Position numbers and translations under genes: made by a program. DNA of 64,000 bases from Thermodesulfobacteriota bacterium (GTDB lineage Bacteria > Desulfobacterota_D > UBA1144 > Nemesobacterales > Mycalebacteriaceae), in assembly GCA_965205855.1 (NCBI GenBank), contig OZ242184.1, forward strand, positions 416,001 to 480,000. The letters run 5' to 3'. Below are positions 9,652 through 20,171 of this stretch, in pieces; position 1 is the stretch's first letter; the number at the start of each line of letters is the position of its first letter. The notes under the pieces were generated by a model. That model did not search any database, had not been told where the DNA came from, and was given only the letters and a program-made list of their open reading frames with translations.

Positions 9652-11067
9652 ATGTCCACGGAGTTGAACAGGGTCATAGACAATGTCGTGAAGGAGAAAA
9701 GCCTTCAGAAGCAGGAGATGGTAAAAGCTGTTGAAGAAGCTGTCATTAGCGCGGTTGAAAGCGTTGAGAAGGTAAGTTACGAAGACAGCAGCTTTGAGGT
9801 TCAATACAATGAAGAAGAAGGCATTGTGGAGTTGTTCTTATACAAGGAAGTTGTTGACGAAATTGTTGACCCGCGCGCGCAGATAGATTTGAGCGGAGCG
9901 AAAAAATACGACCCCGGCGCCGAAGTGGGAGAGGAAATAGGCATCCGTGTCTGGACTTCCGCTGATATGCAGGACAAAGAGTTGCAGGAGTCCGAAGACA
10001 ACGATGTTATGTTTTCCCGCCAAAAGTTCACGCGCGTTGCCATTCAAAACGCCAAGCAGAAGATATTGCAAAAGGTCAGGGAGGCGGAAGGCCGTGTTAT
10101 CTATGAGGAATTCATAAACTACAAAGGCAGAATTGTGAACGGTATCGTGAGAAGGATTGAAAGAAGAAGCGTTGTGGTTGACCTCGGCAGAACCGAAGCT
10201 CTTCTTCCCTATTCGCAGAAAGCTCCGAAGGAGTTTTACGAACCCAAAGATCGTATCAAGGCGCTTCTGTTTGAGGTGGACGAAGAGAAAAAAATTCCGC
10301 GGCTGATACTTTCAAGAGTCGCGCCGGATTTTATCAAAAGGATTTTTGAAGGCGAAGTTCCGGAGATAGCGGATGGGGTAATTGAGGTAAAAGCCATTGC
10401 CAGAGACCCCGGCTCAAGGATGAAGATAGCGGTCTATTCACACGACCCCGATGTTGACCCCGTGGGCGCTTGCGTGGGAATACGCGGCTCCAGGGTGCAG
10501 AATGTTATTCAGGAGCTTCAGGGAGAGAAAATAGACATAGTCCCATGGTCGGTGAATCTGGGGCGTTTTGTTTCGGACGCGCTTTCGCCGGCATCCGTTA
10601 ACAAGGTGATAATTGACGAAACCAACAACCAGATGGAGGTTGTTGTTGATGAAGACCAGCTTACGCTTGCAATAGGCCGTGGCGGACAGAATGTGCGTCT
10701 TGCTTCCAACCTGACCGGGTGGAAGATTGACATAAAAACCGAGGAACAGATGAAAAAGGAGAAGGATCAGTCCATTACGATGCTGACAAGTTTGCCTTCA
10801 ATCGGCAATGTGTCCGCGACTCTTCTTTTCAACGAAGGGTTCAGAAAACTTGAAGATGTCATTTTCGCCGATTCGGAAAGCATAAAGGCCATTCTCAAGG
10901 ATTTGAGCGAAGAAGACATTGAGTCAATGATTTCATTCGCGAAGGTGGCACTTAAAGAGAAAGTCAAAGAGCAAACGGGTGAGGAAGCCGCCAAACCGGT
11001 TGCTCCCAGAGAGGATGCAGACCCGGCGGCACCTGATTCCGGAACGGAAACGGAGAGCCCCGCATGA
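9652..11067 (+). CDS. nusA: Transcription termination factor NusA
   Basis: ARDPGSRMKIAV, DPVGACVGIRGSRV, AIGRGGQNVRLAS. Confidence 0.97.
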   Translation: MSTELNRVIDNVVKEKSLQKQEMVKAVEEAVISAVESVEKVSYEDSSFEVQYNEEEGIVELFLYKEVVDEIVDPRAQIDLSGAKKYDPGAEVGEEIGIRVWTSADMQDKELQESEDNDVMFSRQKFTRVAIQNAKQKILQKVREAEGRVIYEEFINYKGRIVNGIVRRIERRSVVVDLGRTEALLPYSQKAPKEFYEPKDRIKALLFEVDEEKKIPRLILSRVAPDFIKRIFEGEVPEIADGVIEVKAIARDPGSRMKIAVYSHDPDVDPVGACVGIRGSRVQNVIQELQGEKIDIVPWSVNLGRFVSDALSPASVNKVIIDETNNQMEVVVDEDQLTLAIGRGGQNVRLASNLTGWKIDIKTEEQMKKEKDQSITMLTSLPSIGNVSATLLFNEGFRKLEDVIFADSESIKAILKDLSEEDIESMISFAKVALKEKVKEQTGEEAAKPVAPREDADPAAPDSGTETESPA

Positions 11068-11129
11068 TCTGATGCGCGTGTATGTTCCGTATTGCCGCGG
11101 AATTTTTAACGTCTTTATACGGGAATAAA

Positions 11130-13508
11130 ATGAAGAAAAGAGCACACGAACTCGCAAAAGAACTCGGGATCTCCAGCAAACAGATTCTGGTTGTCGCGGA
11201 GGGTATGGGAATCAATCTTAAAACCGCCTCAAGTTCGGTTGATGTGTCGGATGTGGAAAAGATAAAGAAATCTTTGTCATCGCCGTCTTCAGAGGAAGCG
11301 GAGAGCAAAAAACCCTCCGAAAAAAATATCAAGGTGGTTGAGTCCAGTTCTGGGCAGATCACCGAGACCAGATCTACCGAGCGCGTTGTAAGACGCAGAA
11401 AAAAATGGGAAAAATCCCCTCCCGTGAAAACACCGGAGGAAACTTCCCCGGATTTGGTCTCAGAACAACCCCCGGAACCGCCCTCGCCGGCCAAAGAAAC
11501 CGAAGCTGCCAAAACCGCATCAACAGGCAAATCCGCTAAAAGAAAACCTGCCGAGGTTGACTCGGAAAACGAAAAACTTGTCCAGAGAATGCGAGACGCC
11601 CTTGTTCCCAAACTCACTCCAAAGAAAAAGGAATACGTTGTTGACGAGAAAGGTTTTCGTAAAAAACACGATATCAGAAGAAAAAAACCTCCGCATTTCC
11701 GGACGACCGGCTCTAATAAGGCTTCCAAGTTGCCCGCTTCCGCGCCGGCGCACAAAAAGGCCGTCAAAATAGGCGAAACCATCACCCTTGATGACCTCGC
11801 GCGGCGGATGGAAGTGAGTTTGCGCGAAGTCAGGGTAAAGGCAAAAAACATAGGTCTTGACACGCGTCCGAACAATCCCTTTGACTATGAAACTGCAACC
11901 CTTATTGCCGCAGAATACGGACTTGATGTTGAAGTTGACAGGTTTGACGAGGGGGCTTATCTGGATGACAAAGAGGCGGGTTTTGAAAATGAGATGCCAC
12001 GTCCGCCAGTTGTGAGCGTTATGGGGCATGTTGACCACGGAAAAACAACCCTTCTGGACACTTTGCGCGAATCAAACATCGCTTTGGGTGAAGCGGGCGG
12101 AATCACTCAGGGCGTTGGTGCCTACAAGGTTCCCTGCGGAGACAGGCAGATTGTTTTCATAGACACTCCCGGTCATGAGGCTTTTACGGCGATGAGAGCG
12201 CGCGGGGCGAAAATAAACGACATAGCAATACTTGTTGTTGCCGCGGATGACGGGGTTAAGGAGCAAACCCTTGAGGCGGCAAACCATGTCAAAGCCGCTG
12301 GAGTTCCCATTATTGTTGCAATCAATAAAATTGATAAAGAAGATGCCGACCCTGAAAATGTAAAAAGGCAGCTCTCCGAGCACGGCCTTGTGTCTGAAGA
12401 ATGGGGCGGGGACACGCTTTTTACCGAAATATCCGCAAAAACCGGACAAGGGCTCAAAGAGATTCTTGAACTGATCCTTCTTCAGGCGGATATTCTTGAG
12501 CTCAAAGCTCCGTACAAGGGGCTTGCCAGAGGGATTGTTCTGGAATCCCGTCTTGACAAGGGGCGCGGCGCGATAGCCGATGTGATAGTTACAAAGGGTT
12601 GCCTGAAAGTCGGCGACCATGTGGTGGCGGGGCTTTTCAGCGGAAAGGTGAGGGCTCTTATGGATGAAAACGGAACGAAACTCAAAAGCGCGGAGCCTTC
12701 CATGCCCGTGGAAGTTATGGGTTTTGCGGGAGTGCCGGGCGCGGGGGAGAGTTTTTATGCCGTGCGTGATGAGAAGACAGCCCGCGCTATAGTTGAAAAC
12801 AGACGCAATGAACTCGGGCAGACCGAGGCGCCGTCGGTTCCACAGCCCTTGTCGCTTGGCTCGCTTGAGATGAAGCCTCCGGAAGAGGATACGGCAAAGG
12901 AGTTGTCTCTGGTAATAAAAGCCGACACTCAGGGTTCTGTTGAGGCGATTAAGGATTCCATAGCGAAGATTGAGACTGAAAAATGCTCGGTCAAAGTCGC
13001 CCACTCCGCGGTTGGCGGCATAAGTGGCACCGATGTCGACCTTGCTCATGTTACCGGAGCGTTCATTCTTGGCTTCAATGTGCGCCCCGACTCAAAAGCG
13101 GCTTCGGACGCTTCAGAACGCGGGGTTTTGGTGGAGACCTATTCGGTTGTCTATGAGATTATGGAGAGAATAAAACAGATTATGGAAGGGTTGCTTGACC
13201 CGCTGGTTGAAGAGAAAACAGTCGGACATGCGCAGGTAAAAGAGATATTCCGTATGTCTGGGCAGAGGACTATCGCCGGTTGTGTCGTCAATGACGGGAA
13301 GGTTTTGAGAGGAGAAAAACTCAGAGTCGTGCGGGACGGAGTTGTGGTTTTCGAAAGCAAGGTTGGCTCGCTGAAAAGATTCAAAGAGGATGTGAGAGAA
13401 GTTCAGTCCGGCTACGAATGCGGGCTTACGATAGAAAACTTCAACGATGTTAAAACGGGTGATGTTCTTGAGATTTATTCGGAAAAAGAAACCGCCCAGC
13501 AATTGTAG
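11130..13508 (+). CDS. infB: Translation initiation factor IF-2
   Basis: [14 protein letters not shown]-domain; [35 protein letters not shown]. Confidence 0.97.
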   Translation: MKKRAHELAKELGISSKQILVVAEGMGINLKTASSSVDVSDVEKIKKSLSSPSSEEAESKKPSEKNIKVVESSSGQITETRSTERVVRRRKKWEKSPPVKTPEETSPDLVSEQPPEPPSPAKETEAAKTASTGKSAKRKPAEVDSENEKLVQRMRDALVPKLTPKKKEYVVDEKGFRKKHDIRRKKPPHFRTTGSNKASKLPASAPAHKKAVKIGETITLDDLARRMEVSLREVRVKAKNIGLDTRPNNPFDYETATLIAAEYGLDVEVDRFDEGAYLDDKEAGFENEMPRPPVVSVMGHVDHGKTTLLDTLRESNIALGEAGGITQGVGAYKVPCGDRQIVFIDTPGHEAFTAMRARGAKINDIAILVVAADDGVKEQTLEAANHVKAAGVPIIVAINKIDKEDADPENVKRQLSEHGLVSEEWGGDTLFTEISAKTGQGLKEILELILLQADILELKAPYKGLARGIVLESRLDKGRGAIADVIVTKGCLKVGDHVVAGLFSGKVRALMDENGTKLKSAEPSMPVEVMGFAGVPGAGESFYAVRDEKTARAIVENRRNELGQTEAPSVPQPLSLGSLEMKPPEEDTAKELSLVIKADTQGSVEAIKDSIAKIETEKCSVKVAHSAVGGISGTDVDLAHVTGAFILGFNVRPDSKAASDASERGVLVETYSVVYEIMERIKQIMEGLLDPLVEEKTVGHAQVKEIFRMSGQRTIAGCVVNDGKVLRGEKLRVVRDGVVVFESKVGSLKRFKEDVREVQSGYECGLTIENFNDVKTGDVLEIYSEKETAQQL

Positions 13509-13520
13509 AGGGTTGGGATT

Positions 13521-13889
13521 TTGGCTTCGGTAAGAAACAGTCGCGGGCTTGGTTACGAGAGGCGGGAACGTGTAAGAGACCTTCTTCTCAGGGAAGTCGC
13601 CCTCATAATAAACGAGGGGAATATCAGAGACACGCGTGTTTCACGAGCTGTTGTTACGTATGTTTCCCTTTCAAGGGATATGTCCAGCGCGAGGGTATTT
13701 TTCACAAGTTTGAAGGGCAATCCGCCAGATTCAATGGTCAAGGCATTCAACAATCTTTCGGGATTTTTCCGCAAGCAGATTGCTATGCGCCTCAACCTCA
13801 AAAAGGTTCCGTCAATAGAATTCAAGCCCGATGACGTTCTGAGCTCTGCTCATCGTGTGGATGACATCATAAGGCGGGACGGCAGTTGA
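13521..13889 (+). CDS. rbfA: Ribosome-binding factor A
   Basis: R.ERV..LL.RE, DTRV, GFFRKQIA..L.LKKVPSIEF; follows infB. Confidence 0.88.
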   Translation: MASVRNSRGLGYERRERVRDLLLREVALIINEGNIRDTRVSRAVVTYVSLSRDMSSARVFFTSLKGNPPDSMVKAFNNLSGFFRKQIAMRLNLKKVPSIEFKPDDVLSSAHRVDDIIRRDGS

Positions 13890-14863
13890 AGGCACCGTCT
13901 CAGATAAAGGAGATTTTTGAACAGGGGGATAGCTTCCTTCTGACTTCGCATGAAAGCCCGGATTCTGACGCTCTCGGTTCAATGCTTGCGCTTGCCGACC
14001 TGCTTGAATCGCTCGGCAAGTCGGTTTTTCTGTACAATCCGAGCCGTATTCCGTATTTTCTGGAATTTCTTCCCGGAATTGAAAAGATAAACAACACACT
14101 TCCCGACCCTTTGCATCGGTCGTTTGACGCGCTTGTCGTGCTTGACTGTCCGGTTGCCTCGCGCGCGGGGAGGGATTTTGAGCAATACGCCATGTCCACC
14201 GGATGCCCGATTGTCATTATTGACCATCACAGGGAGGTTCAAAGCTCCGCCGCAGTTAAATGGGTTGAAACCGAAGCGCCGGCGACCGCAATTCTTGTCT
14301 ATGAGATATTCAAGGTGTTTTCATCATCCTTTACACCGCAGAGCGCGACATGTATTTTCGCGGCGGTTTCGGGAGACACCGGCTCTTTCAGATTTTCAAA
14401 CGCGAACGCGCGTAGTTTTGCCGTGGCATCCGAGATGGTCCGGCACGGAGCCAAACCGCAGGAGATATCAAGCGCTATCTACGAAAACCAGCCCCCGGAA
14501 AGAATAAACTTGCTTGCCCGCGTTCTTCAGACCCTCGAAACGGATAAAACCGGAAGTATAGCCTGGGTGCGCATTGACAAAGAGATGTTTGAGTCAACCC
14601 GCACCTCGCGCGAAGACAGCGAGGGAATGGTTGATTTTCCAATGAGCATAAGGGGCGTGAAGGTCGCCGTGCTTTTCAGACGCGAGTCCGGTGAAAAGGG
14701 TGGTTTTTGGAAGGCGAGCATAAGGTCGAGGGGAGATATAGATGTGTGCGAATTGGCGAACCGGTTCGGCGGCGGCGGTCATAAAAACGCCTCGGGCTTC
14801 ACTTTTGAAAACGATATTGAAGAAGTTATTGAGAAAATAACCGGAGAGATTAACCGCGCATGA
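13886..14863 (+). CDS. nrnA: DHH/DHHA1 phosphoesterase (NrnA-like)
   Basis: SHESPDSDALGS, IDHH, DTGSF, FGGGGHKNASG. Confidence 0.9.
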   Translation: MKAPSQIKEIFEQGDSFLLTSHESPDSDALGSMLALADLLESLGKSVFLYNPSRIPYFLEFLPGIEKINNTLPDPLHRSFDALVVLDCPVASRAGRDFEQYAMSTGCPIVIIDHHREVQSSAAVKWVETEAPATAILVYEIFKVFSSSFTPQSATCIFAAVSGDTGSFRFSNANARSFAVASEMVRHGAKPQEISSAIYENQPPERINLLARVLQTLETDKTGSIAWVRIDKEMFESTRTSREDSEGMVDFPMSIRGVKVAVLFRRESGEKGGFWKASIRSRGDIDVCELANRFGGGGHKNASGFTFENDIEEVIEKITGEINRA

Positions 14864-15774
14864 ACGGAATAATTGTAATTGACAAACCCGCTGGCATAAC
14901 TTCAAGCGATGTTGTGGGCAGGGTCAAAAAGATACTGAAAGCGGGCAAAACCGGGCATACGGGGACTCTTGACAAGTTTGCCACCGGGGTTCTGCCGGTT
15001 TGCCTCGGTGAAGCGACTAAGGCGATTCCGTATCTTGACGAGTCTTTCAAGGAGTACGAAGCAATAATGCGGCTCGGTTCCGCCACTGACACTTTTGACC
15101 CTGAGGGCAAAGTCGTGCGCACCGGGGATGTTGGAAAAATCTCAAGGAATGATATAGAATTGTGCTTCGCGGAAAACACTGGGACATTTTTTCAGGTTCC
15201 GCCAATGTTTTCGGCTGTCAAGAGAAATGGGGTAAGACTTTCAGAGATTGCTCGGCTTGGCAAGGAGGTTGAAAGAAGCGCCAGAAAGGTAACCGTTGAG
15301 TCTCTTGAGTTGCTTGAGTTCTCACCGCCTTTGGCGCGTTTTTTTGTAAAATGTTCGCGCGGCGCGTATATCAGAGCGCTGGCAGATGATATGGGTGTAA
15401 GACTTGGTTGCATGGCTCACCTTTTTCAACTCAGGCGTCTGGGTAGTGGAAGTTTCTCCCTAGCGCAATCTTCAACTCTTGAAGATTTAGAAAATGGAAG
15501 TTTTAAATTGATTTGCATTGATGAAGCCCTTTCCCATCTGAAATCCGTTTGCATCCCTGAAGACGCGGCAAAAATCGTCTGCAACGGCGGTCTTCTGAGG
15601 GGAAGAAATTTGACCGGACTTGGGGTTGCGGATTTCCGCGAGAATGATTTTGTCAAACTGACCCGTTGCGGCAGGGTGGTTTCCATAGCACAATCCCTTG
15701 CCTGTGGCGCGGAAGTTGAGAATTTGAAAGACGAGCCGGTTTTCAAACAGATAAGGGTGTTCGGTTCGCATTAA
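14860..15774 (+). CDS. truB: tRNA pseudouridine(55) synthase
   Basis: DKPAGITS, GHTGTLDKFATGVL, PPMFSAVK, CSRGAYIRAL. Confidence 0.95.
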   Translation: MNGIIVIDKPAGITSSDVVGRVKKILKAGKTGHTGTLDKFATGVLPVCLGEATKAIPYLDESFKEYEAIMRLGSATDTFDPEGKVVRTGDVGKISRNDIELCFAENTGTFFQVPPMFSAVKRNGVRLSEIARLGKEVERSARKVTVESLELLEFSPPLARFFVKCSRGAYIRALADDMGVRLGCMAHLFQLRRLGSGSFSLAQSSTLEDLENGSFKLICIDEALSHLKSVCIPEDAAKIVCNGGLLRGRNLTGLGVADFRENDFVKLTRCGRVVSIAQSLACGAEVENLKDEPVFKQIRVFGSH

Positions 15775-15794
15775 AAAAACGGGAGGATTGTGAT

Positions 15795-16064
15795 TTGCCT
15801 TTGGACAAAGATGAAAAACGGAAAATTATTGAGGAGTTTGCAACAAAGCCCGGAGATGTGGGCTCTTCCGCCGTGCAGGTGGGCATACTGTCCAGAAGGA
15901 TAGAGCAAATATCTGCCCACACCTCCAAAATGAAAAAAGACGCTCATTCGCGCAGGGGACTTGTGAGGCTTGTGGCGAAAAGAAGGAAACTTTTGAACTA
16001 TATGAAGGGTACGAACCCGCAAAAATATGCGGAACTGATTAAGAGAATAGGGCTTAGAAAGTAA
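15795..16064 (+). CDS. rpsO: 30S ribosomal protein S15
   Basis: DVGSSAVQVGIL, KKDAHSRRGL..LV.KRRKLL.Y; GGAGG RBS, TTG start. Confidence 0.95.
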   Translation: MPLDKDEKRKIIEEFATKPGDVGSSAVQVGILSRRIEQISAHTSKMKKDAHSRRGLVRLVAKRRKLLNYMKGTNPQKYAELIKRIGLRK

Positions 16065-16086
16065 TAACAATCGGAGGATTATCATT

Positions 16087-18189
16087 TTGTCGGAGAAAAT
16101 AATTGAGAAAGACCTCTTTGGTTCGCGCTACATCGTCGAAACGGGAAGGGTAGCGAGACAGGCAAGCGGCGCGGTTTTGATGAGTTGCGAAGGCACGGTT
16201 GTTCTTGCCACGGTTGTCGCGTCCGGAGAAAAAATTCAGGAGGATTTTCTTCCCCTGACCGTGAACTATCAGGAAAAAACATACGCTGCGGGGAAGATAC
16301 CGGGCGGTTTTTTCAGAAGGGAAGGAAGGCCGAGTGAGCAGGAAATCCTCACTTCACGGCTTATAGACCGTTCAATCAGGCCCCTTATAACAAAGAAGTT
16401 CACTTATTCCACTCAGGTTATGATAACGGTTCTCTCCGCAGACCCAAAAGCGGATCCGGGAGTGCTTTCCGCAACCGCGGCTTCTGCGGCGCTTATGCTT
16501 TCTGATGTGCCGTTTGAAGGCCCCATTGCCGGAGTGAAAGTCGGAAGAATTGATGGGAATCTCATATGCAACCCTTCAAACGAAGAGGTTGAATCAAGCG
16601 ATATGGAGATAGTGGTTACGGGGACAAAAGAAGCTGTTGTAATGGTGGAAGGAGGGGCGAACGAGATTTCCGAAACGGACATGATAGACGCCCTTATGTT
16701 CGCCCACGACAGAATCAGAGAGCTTATTGAATTGCAGGAAGAGCTCGCCTCCGGCGTGGCGCGTCCAAACCGCGTTCTTGATGAGGATGATGTTTCCACA
16801 AATGAGCCGGTTGCCTCGGCCGTTCGGGCGTTTGCCGCAGACCGCCTTGAGCAGTCGGTTGTGAAACCGTCAAAGGATATGCGCCACGAGGAGATATCCA
16901 GATTGCGCTCGCAGACGGTTGAAGAAGTTTGCGCGCAGTTTCCCGGAGACAAAGAGCTTGCGGAAAATGAGTTTAACAAACTGACAAAAGAGATTGTACG
17001 CTCCCTTATTGTCAACAAGGGAGTGCGCCCGGACATGAGGGATTACGAGACAATACGAGACATAGATTCCCGTGTGGGAGTTCTTCCCCGTCCTCACGGC
17101 TCGGCGCTTTTTACTCGGGGAGAAACACAGGCGCTTGTCGTAACAACCCTTGGAACCTCTTATTACGAGCAGAGAATAGACTCGCTTGACGGCGACATAA
17201 AAAAAAGTTTTATGCTTCACTACAATTTTCCCCCTTATTCGGTGGGTGAAACCAGCCATCGCCTCGGTCCGGGGCGCAGAGAGATAGGGCACGGCGCGCT
17301 CGCGGAAAGAGCGGTAAGACCTCTTCTTCCCTCAAAAGAGGAGTTTCCATACACAATCAGGGTGGTCTCCGAAGTTCTTGAATCAAACGGCTCTTCGTCA
17401 ATGGCAACTGTTTGCGGAACTTCAATGTCTCTTATGGATGCCGGGGTTCCTCTTCGCGCGCCGGTTGGCGGAATCGCAATGGGTCTCATAAAAGAGGGGG
17501 ACAAACTGGTTATTCTGTCCGATATTCTCGGCGATGAAGACCACCTTGGCGATATGGATTTCAAGGTTGCCGGAACCGAAAAGGGAATTACCGCTCTTCA
17601 GATGGACATAAAAATCGGCGGGGTTACAAAGGAAATTCTTTCGGACGCTCTTTCTCAGGCGAAGAAGGCGCGGCTTCATGTTCTTGCGGAGATGGGCAAA
17701 GCAATCACGGCTTCAAGGGACGATATTTCGTCCAACGCCCCGCGCATAATGTCAATGAAGATACATCCCGATAAAATCCGCGATGTTATAGGTTCGGGCG
17801 GCAAAGTTATCAACAAACTTATTGAAGAAACCGGAGCGCAGATAGACATTCAGGATGACGGGAAGATTCTCATATCTTCACCGGACAAGGAATCATGTGA
17901 GAACGCGATAAGCAGAATAGGCAAAATAATAGAAGAGATAGAGCCGGGCAAGGTGTATTTCGGCAAGGTGAAGAGGGTGCTTGATTTCGGCGCGATTGTG
18001 GAAATGGACAACGGCAGGGACGGGCTTGTGCACATTTCCGAACTGGAAGAGGGCAGGGTTGAAAAGGTTACGGATGTAATTAACGAAGGCGATGAACTTC
18101 TTGTCAAATGTATTTCAAAAGAGAGAGACGGCAAGATACGACTCAGCCGCAGGGAAGCCCTCGGGGAAAACATAGAGGACTACAGATAG
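16087..18189 (+). CDS. pnp: Polyribonucleotide nucleotidyltransferase
   Basis: ETGRVARQA, FFRREGRP, RREIGHGAL, DHLGDMDFKVAG, KH and S1 domains. Confidence 0.97.
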   Translation: MSEKIIEKDLFGSRYIVETGRVARQASGAVLMSCEGTVVLATVVASGEKIQEDFLPLTVNYQEKTYAAGKIPGGFFRREGRPSEQEILTSRLIDRSIRPLITKKFTYSTQVMITVLSADPKADPGVLSATAASAALMLSDVPFEGPIAGVKVGRIDGNLICNPSNEEVESSDMEIVVTGTKEAVVMVEGGANEISETDMIDALMFAHDRIRELIELQEELASGVARPNRVLDEDDVSTNEPVASAVRAFAADRLEQSVVKPSKDMRHEEISRLRSQTVEEVCAQFPGDKELAENEFNKLTKEIVRSLIVNKGVRPDMRDYETIRDIDSRVGVLPRPHGSALFTRGETQALVVTTLGTSYYEQRIDSLDGDIKKSFMLHYNFPPYSVGETSHRLGPGRREIGHGALAERAVRPLLPSKEEFPYTIRVVSEVLESNGSSSMATVCGTSMSLMDAGVPLRAPVGGIAMGLIKEGDKLVILSDILGDEDHLGDMDFKVAGTEKGITALQMDIKIGGVTKEILSDALSQAKKARLHVLAEMGKAITASRDDISSNAPRIMSMKIHPDKIRDVIGSGGKVINKLIEETGAQIDIQDDGKILISSPDKESCENAISRIGKIIEEIEPGKVYFGKVKRVLDFGAIVEMDNGRDGLVHISELEEGRVEKVTDVINEGDELLVKCISKERDGKIRLSRREALGENIEDYR

Positions 18190-19115
18190 CGTCGCCCCGC
18201 GCAAACAAGCGGATTGTTGCCGTTGTGGGCCCCACGGCGGCTGGAAAAACCGGTTTTGGGTTGCTTCTCGCGTCCGAACTGTCCGGTGCGGTTGTAGGTG
18301 CGGACTCCCTTCAAGTTTATAAGCATTTTGACATAGGAAGCGCAAAACCTTCCTCCGAATCCATTCGGACGGTTCCGCATTTTATGATAGATGTCGCCGA
18401 GCCGGACGAAGAGTTTAACGCTGGCATATACAGAGCCCGCGCGCAACCCATACTGGAAAAACTGTGCACGGACAAGACACCGCCGATTGTGGTTGGGGGA
18501 ACTTTTCTTTATGTTCGCGCTTTGCTTGACGGGCTGATTGAAAATCCGTCCGACCCCGCGATCAGGAAGCGGATTGAGGATGAGGAGAAAAACTACGGGA
18601 TTGACTGGCTTTATGAAAAGCTGAAAGACATCGACTCCGTTTCGGCTTTCGGAATTCATCCCAACGATTCGGTGCGCATAAGACGTGCCCTTGAGATTTA
18701 CCATTCTTCCGGTGTTTCGGCTTCGAAAATCCGCCGCGCCCACGGGTTTTCGGGCGGCGGGTTTGATTGTCTTAAAATCGGCATTTTGACCGACAGGGAA
18801 GAGTTGGTTAAAACGATAAACCGCAGGACGGAGGATATGTTCTCGGGCGGCATTGTGGAAGAGACCGGACGCATACGCAAAATGGGATACTCAAAAGACA
18901 TAAAGCCTATGAAAGCGATTGGATACCGTCAGGCGAACCTTTTGATTGACGGAGAGATTACACAAAAAGAAGCGGTTGAAACTGCCGCAACAGACACCCG
19001 CCGTCTTGCGAAAAGACAGATGACATGGCTTAGAAAAGAGAAAAATATCAGATGGTTTGAGCCGGCAAACCTCAAAAGCGCAATTGAGGAATGCACAAGG
19101 TTTTTTGAAGGTTAG
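18186..19115 (+). CDS. miaA: tRNA dimethylallyltransferase (start uncertain)
   Basis: VVGPTAAGKT, DSLQVYK..DIGSAKP, GGTFLY, RIRRALE, AIGY, LAKRQMTW. Confidence 0.92.
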   Translation: MASPRANKRIVAVVGPTAAGKTGFGLLLASELSGAVVGADSLQVYKHFDIGSAKPSSESIRTVPHFMIDVAEPDEEFNAGIYRARAQPILEKLCTDKTPPIVVGGTFLYVRALLDGLIENPSDPAIRKRIEDEEKNYGIDWLYEKLKDIDSVSAFGIHPNDSVRIRRALEIYHSSGVSASKIRRAHGFSGGGFDCLKIGILTDREELVKTINRRTEDMFSGGIVEETGRIRKMGYSKDIKPMKAIGYRQANLLIDGEITQKEAVETAATDTRRLAKRQMTWLRKEKNIRWFEPANLKSAIEECTRFFEG

Positions 19116-19124
19116 CCTCTCCCC

Positions 19125-19490
19125 TCAGCCTCGTGTGTTTCTGCGTATGTAAAACACCGCAAACGCAACGCCCGTTGCAACTGCGGCAAGGGGCAGAAGC
19201 CAGATGACAAGGTTGAACCCTCTGAGCGGAGGTTTGGCAAGTATTGTGTCGCCGTAATTCCCCCGGAACCACAGAATAATATCCTCGTCTGTTTGACCTT
19301 CCTCAATCTTTTTCTTTATCAGTCTACGCATATCGCGCGCGAGGTCTGAGTTTGATTCGGCAACGCTCTGACCCGCGCAAACGGGACACATAAGTTGTTT
19401 TGCTATTGCGTCCGTGCGGTCGGCAATGGTTTGGGCGGTTGCCGGAGAGCAGAGGAGAAGGAATATGAGCAGGGGGATTATATGTTTCAT
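19125..19490 (-). CDS. ccmH: Cytochrome c biogenesis protein CcmH/CycL
   Basis: Signal peptide, LMCPVCAGQSVAESNS, YGD.IL..PP, C-terminal TM. Confidence 0.9.
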   Translation of the reverse strand: MKHIIPLLIFLLLCSPATAQTIADRTDAIAKQLMCPVCAGQSVAESNSDLARDMRRLIKKKIEEGQTDEDIILWFRGNYGDTILAKPPLRGFNLVIWLLPLAAVATGVAFAVFYIRRNTRG

Positions 19491-19517
19491 TATTGCCTTG
19501 CCGTTTAAGTGAGTGTG

Positions 19518-20171
19518 TTAGACGGGAAGGAGTTTGCCGCCTATGGTTTTGTGCCAGTCTGTATTCTGCCCGTAATCAATAACTATCCTGTTTCCGACAA
19601 GTTCAAGTAGGGGGGCGTCAAAAATGTGGTCTCCGTAAGCATATGAGTTTTTCAAGTCAAATGAGGACAAATCCATCAGTTTGGAAAGTCTTCTCGGTTT
19701 TTCTTCACCAATACAGTCTTTTTTCAGAATTTTTCCCGTTAGAACCCCGTCTTTTTCCTCAAGTTTTGTAGCGGCGACATCATCAATGCCATAGTGTCCG
19801 GCGTATAAGCGAATGTAGTTTTCATAACCCGCAGAAACTATGACAACTTTGTCTCCGCGCTCTTTGTGTTTTTCCATACGCCCAACAACCGTGGGATTCT
19901 CTTTTTTCAGAAGAATGTCGCGCAAATATTGTCCGGCGTAGTCTGTAACAAAATCAAGTGGAATTCCGGCGGCTTGTTTGACGAGCAATCTTTTGCTTTG
20001 CTCCCCGTTAATCATTCCGTATTTTTTCAACAATTTCCTCGCAACTTCCCGAACACGGTTTTTAACAGAGGGTCGGCTTTTTAAAAGCCCCATAATAAAA
20101 GGGTTTGCGGTCTGCATATTTATTAAGGTTCCACAAAAATCAAATAAGGCAAGAACGGGTTTCTCAGGCAT
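19518..20171 (-). CDS. HAD-IB family phosphatase
   Basis: ALFDFCGTL (DxD motif altered to DFC), IVSAG, GEEK, YAYGD...D.PLL. Confidence 0.8.
   Translation of the reverse strand: MPEKPVLALFDFCGTLINMQTANPFIMGLLKSRPSVKNRVREVARKLLKKYGMINGEQSKRLLVKQAAGIPLDFVTDYAGQYLRDILLKKENPTVVGRMEKHKERGDKVVIVSAGYENYIRLYAGHYGIDDVAATKLEEKDGVLTGKILKKDCIGEEKPRRLSKLMDLSSFDLKNSYAYGDHIFDAPLLELVGNRIVIDYGQNTDWHKTIGGKLLPV

Noticed and set aside
11068-11129. ylxR/rnpM between nusA and infB
   Set aside because: Gap is only about 60 bp with no intact ORF; the gene is simply absent here
7534-13049. Long antisense ORFs (303, 303 and 325 aa) opposite uvrB and infB
   Set aside because: Fully overlap conserved housekeeping genes; no recognisable motifs
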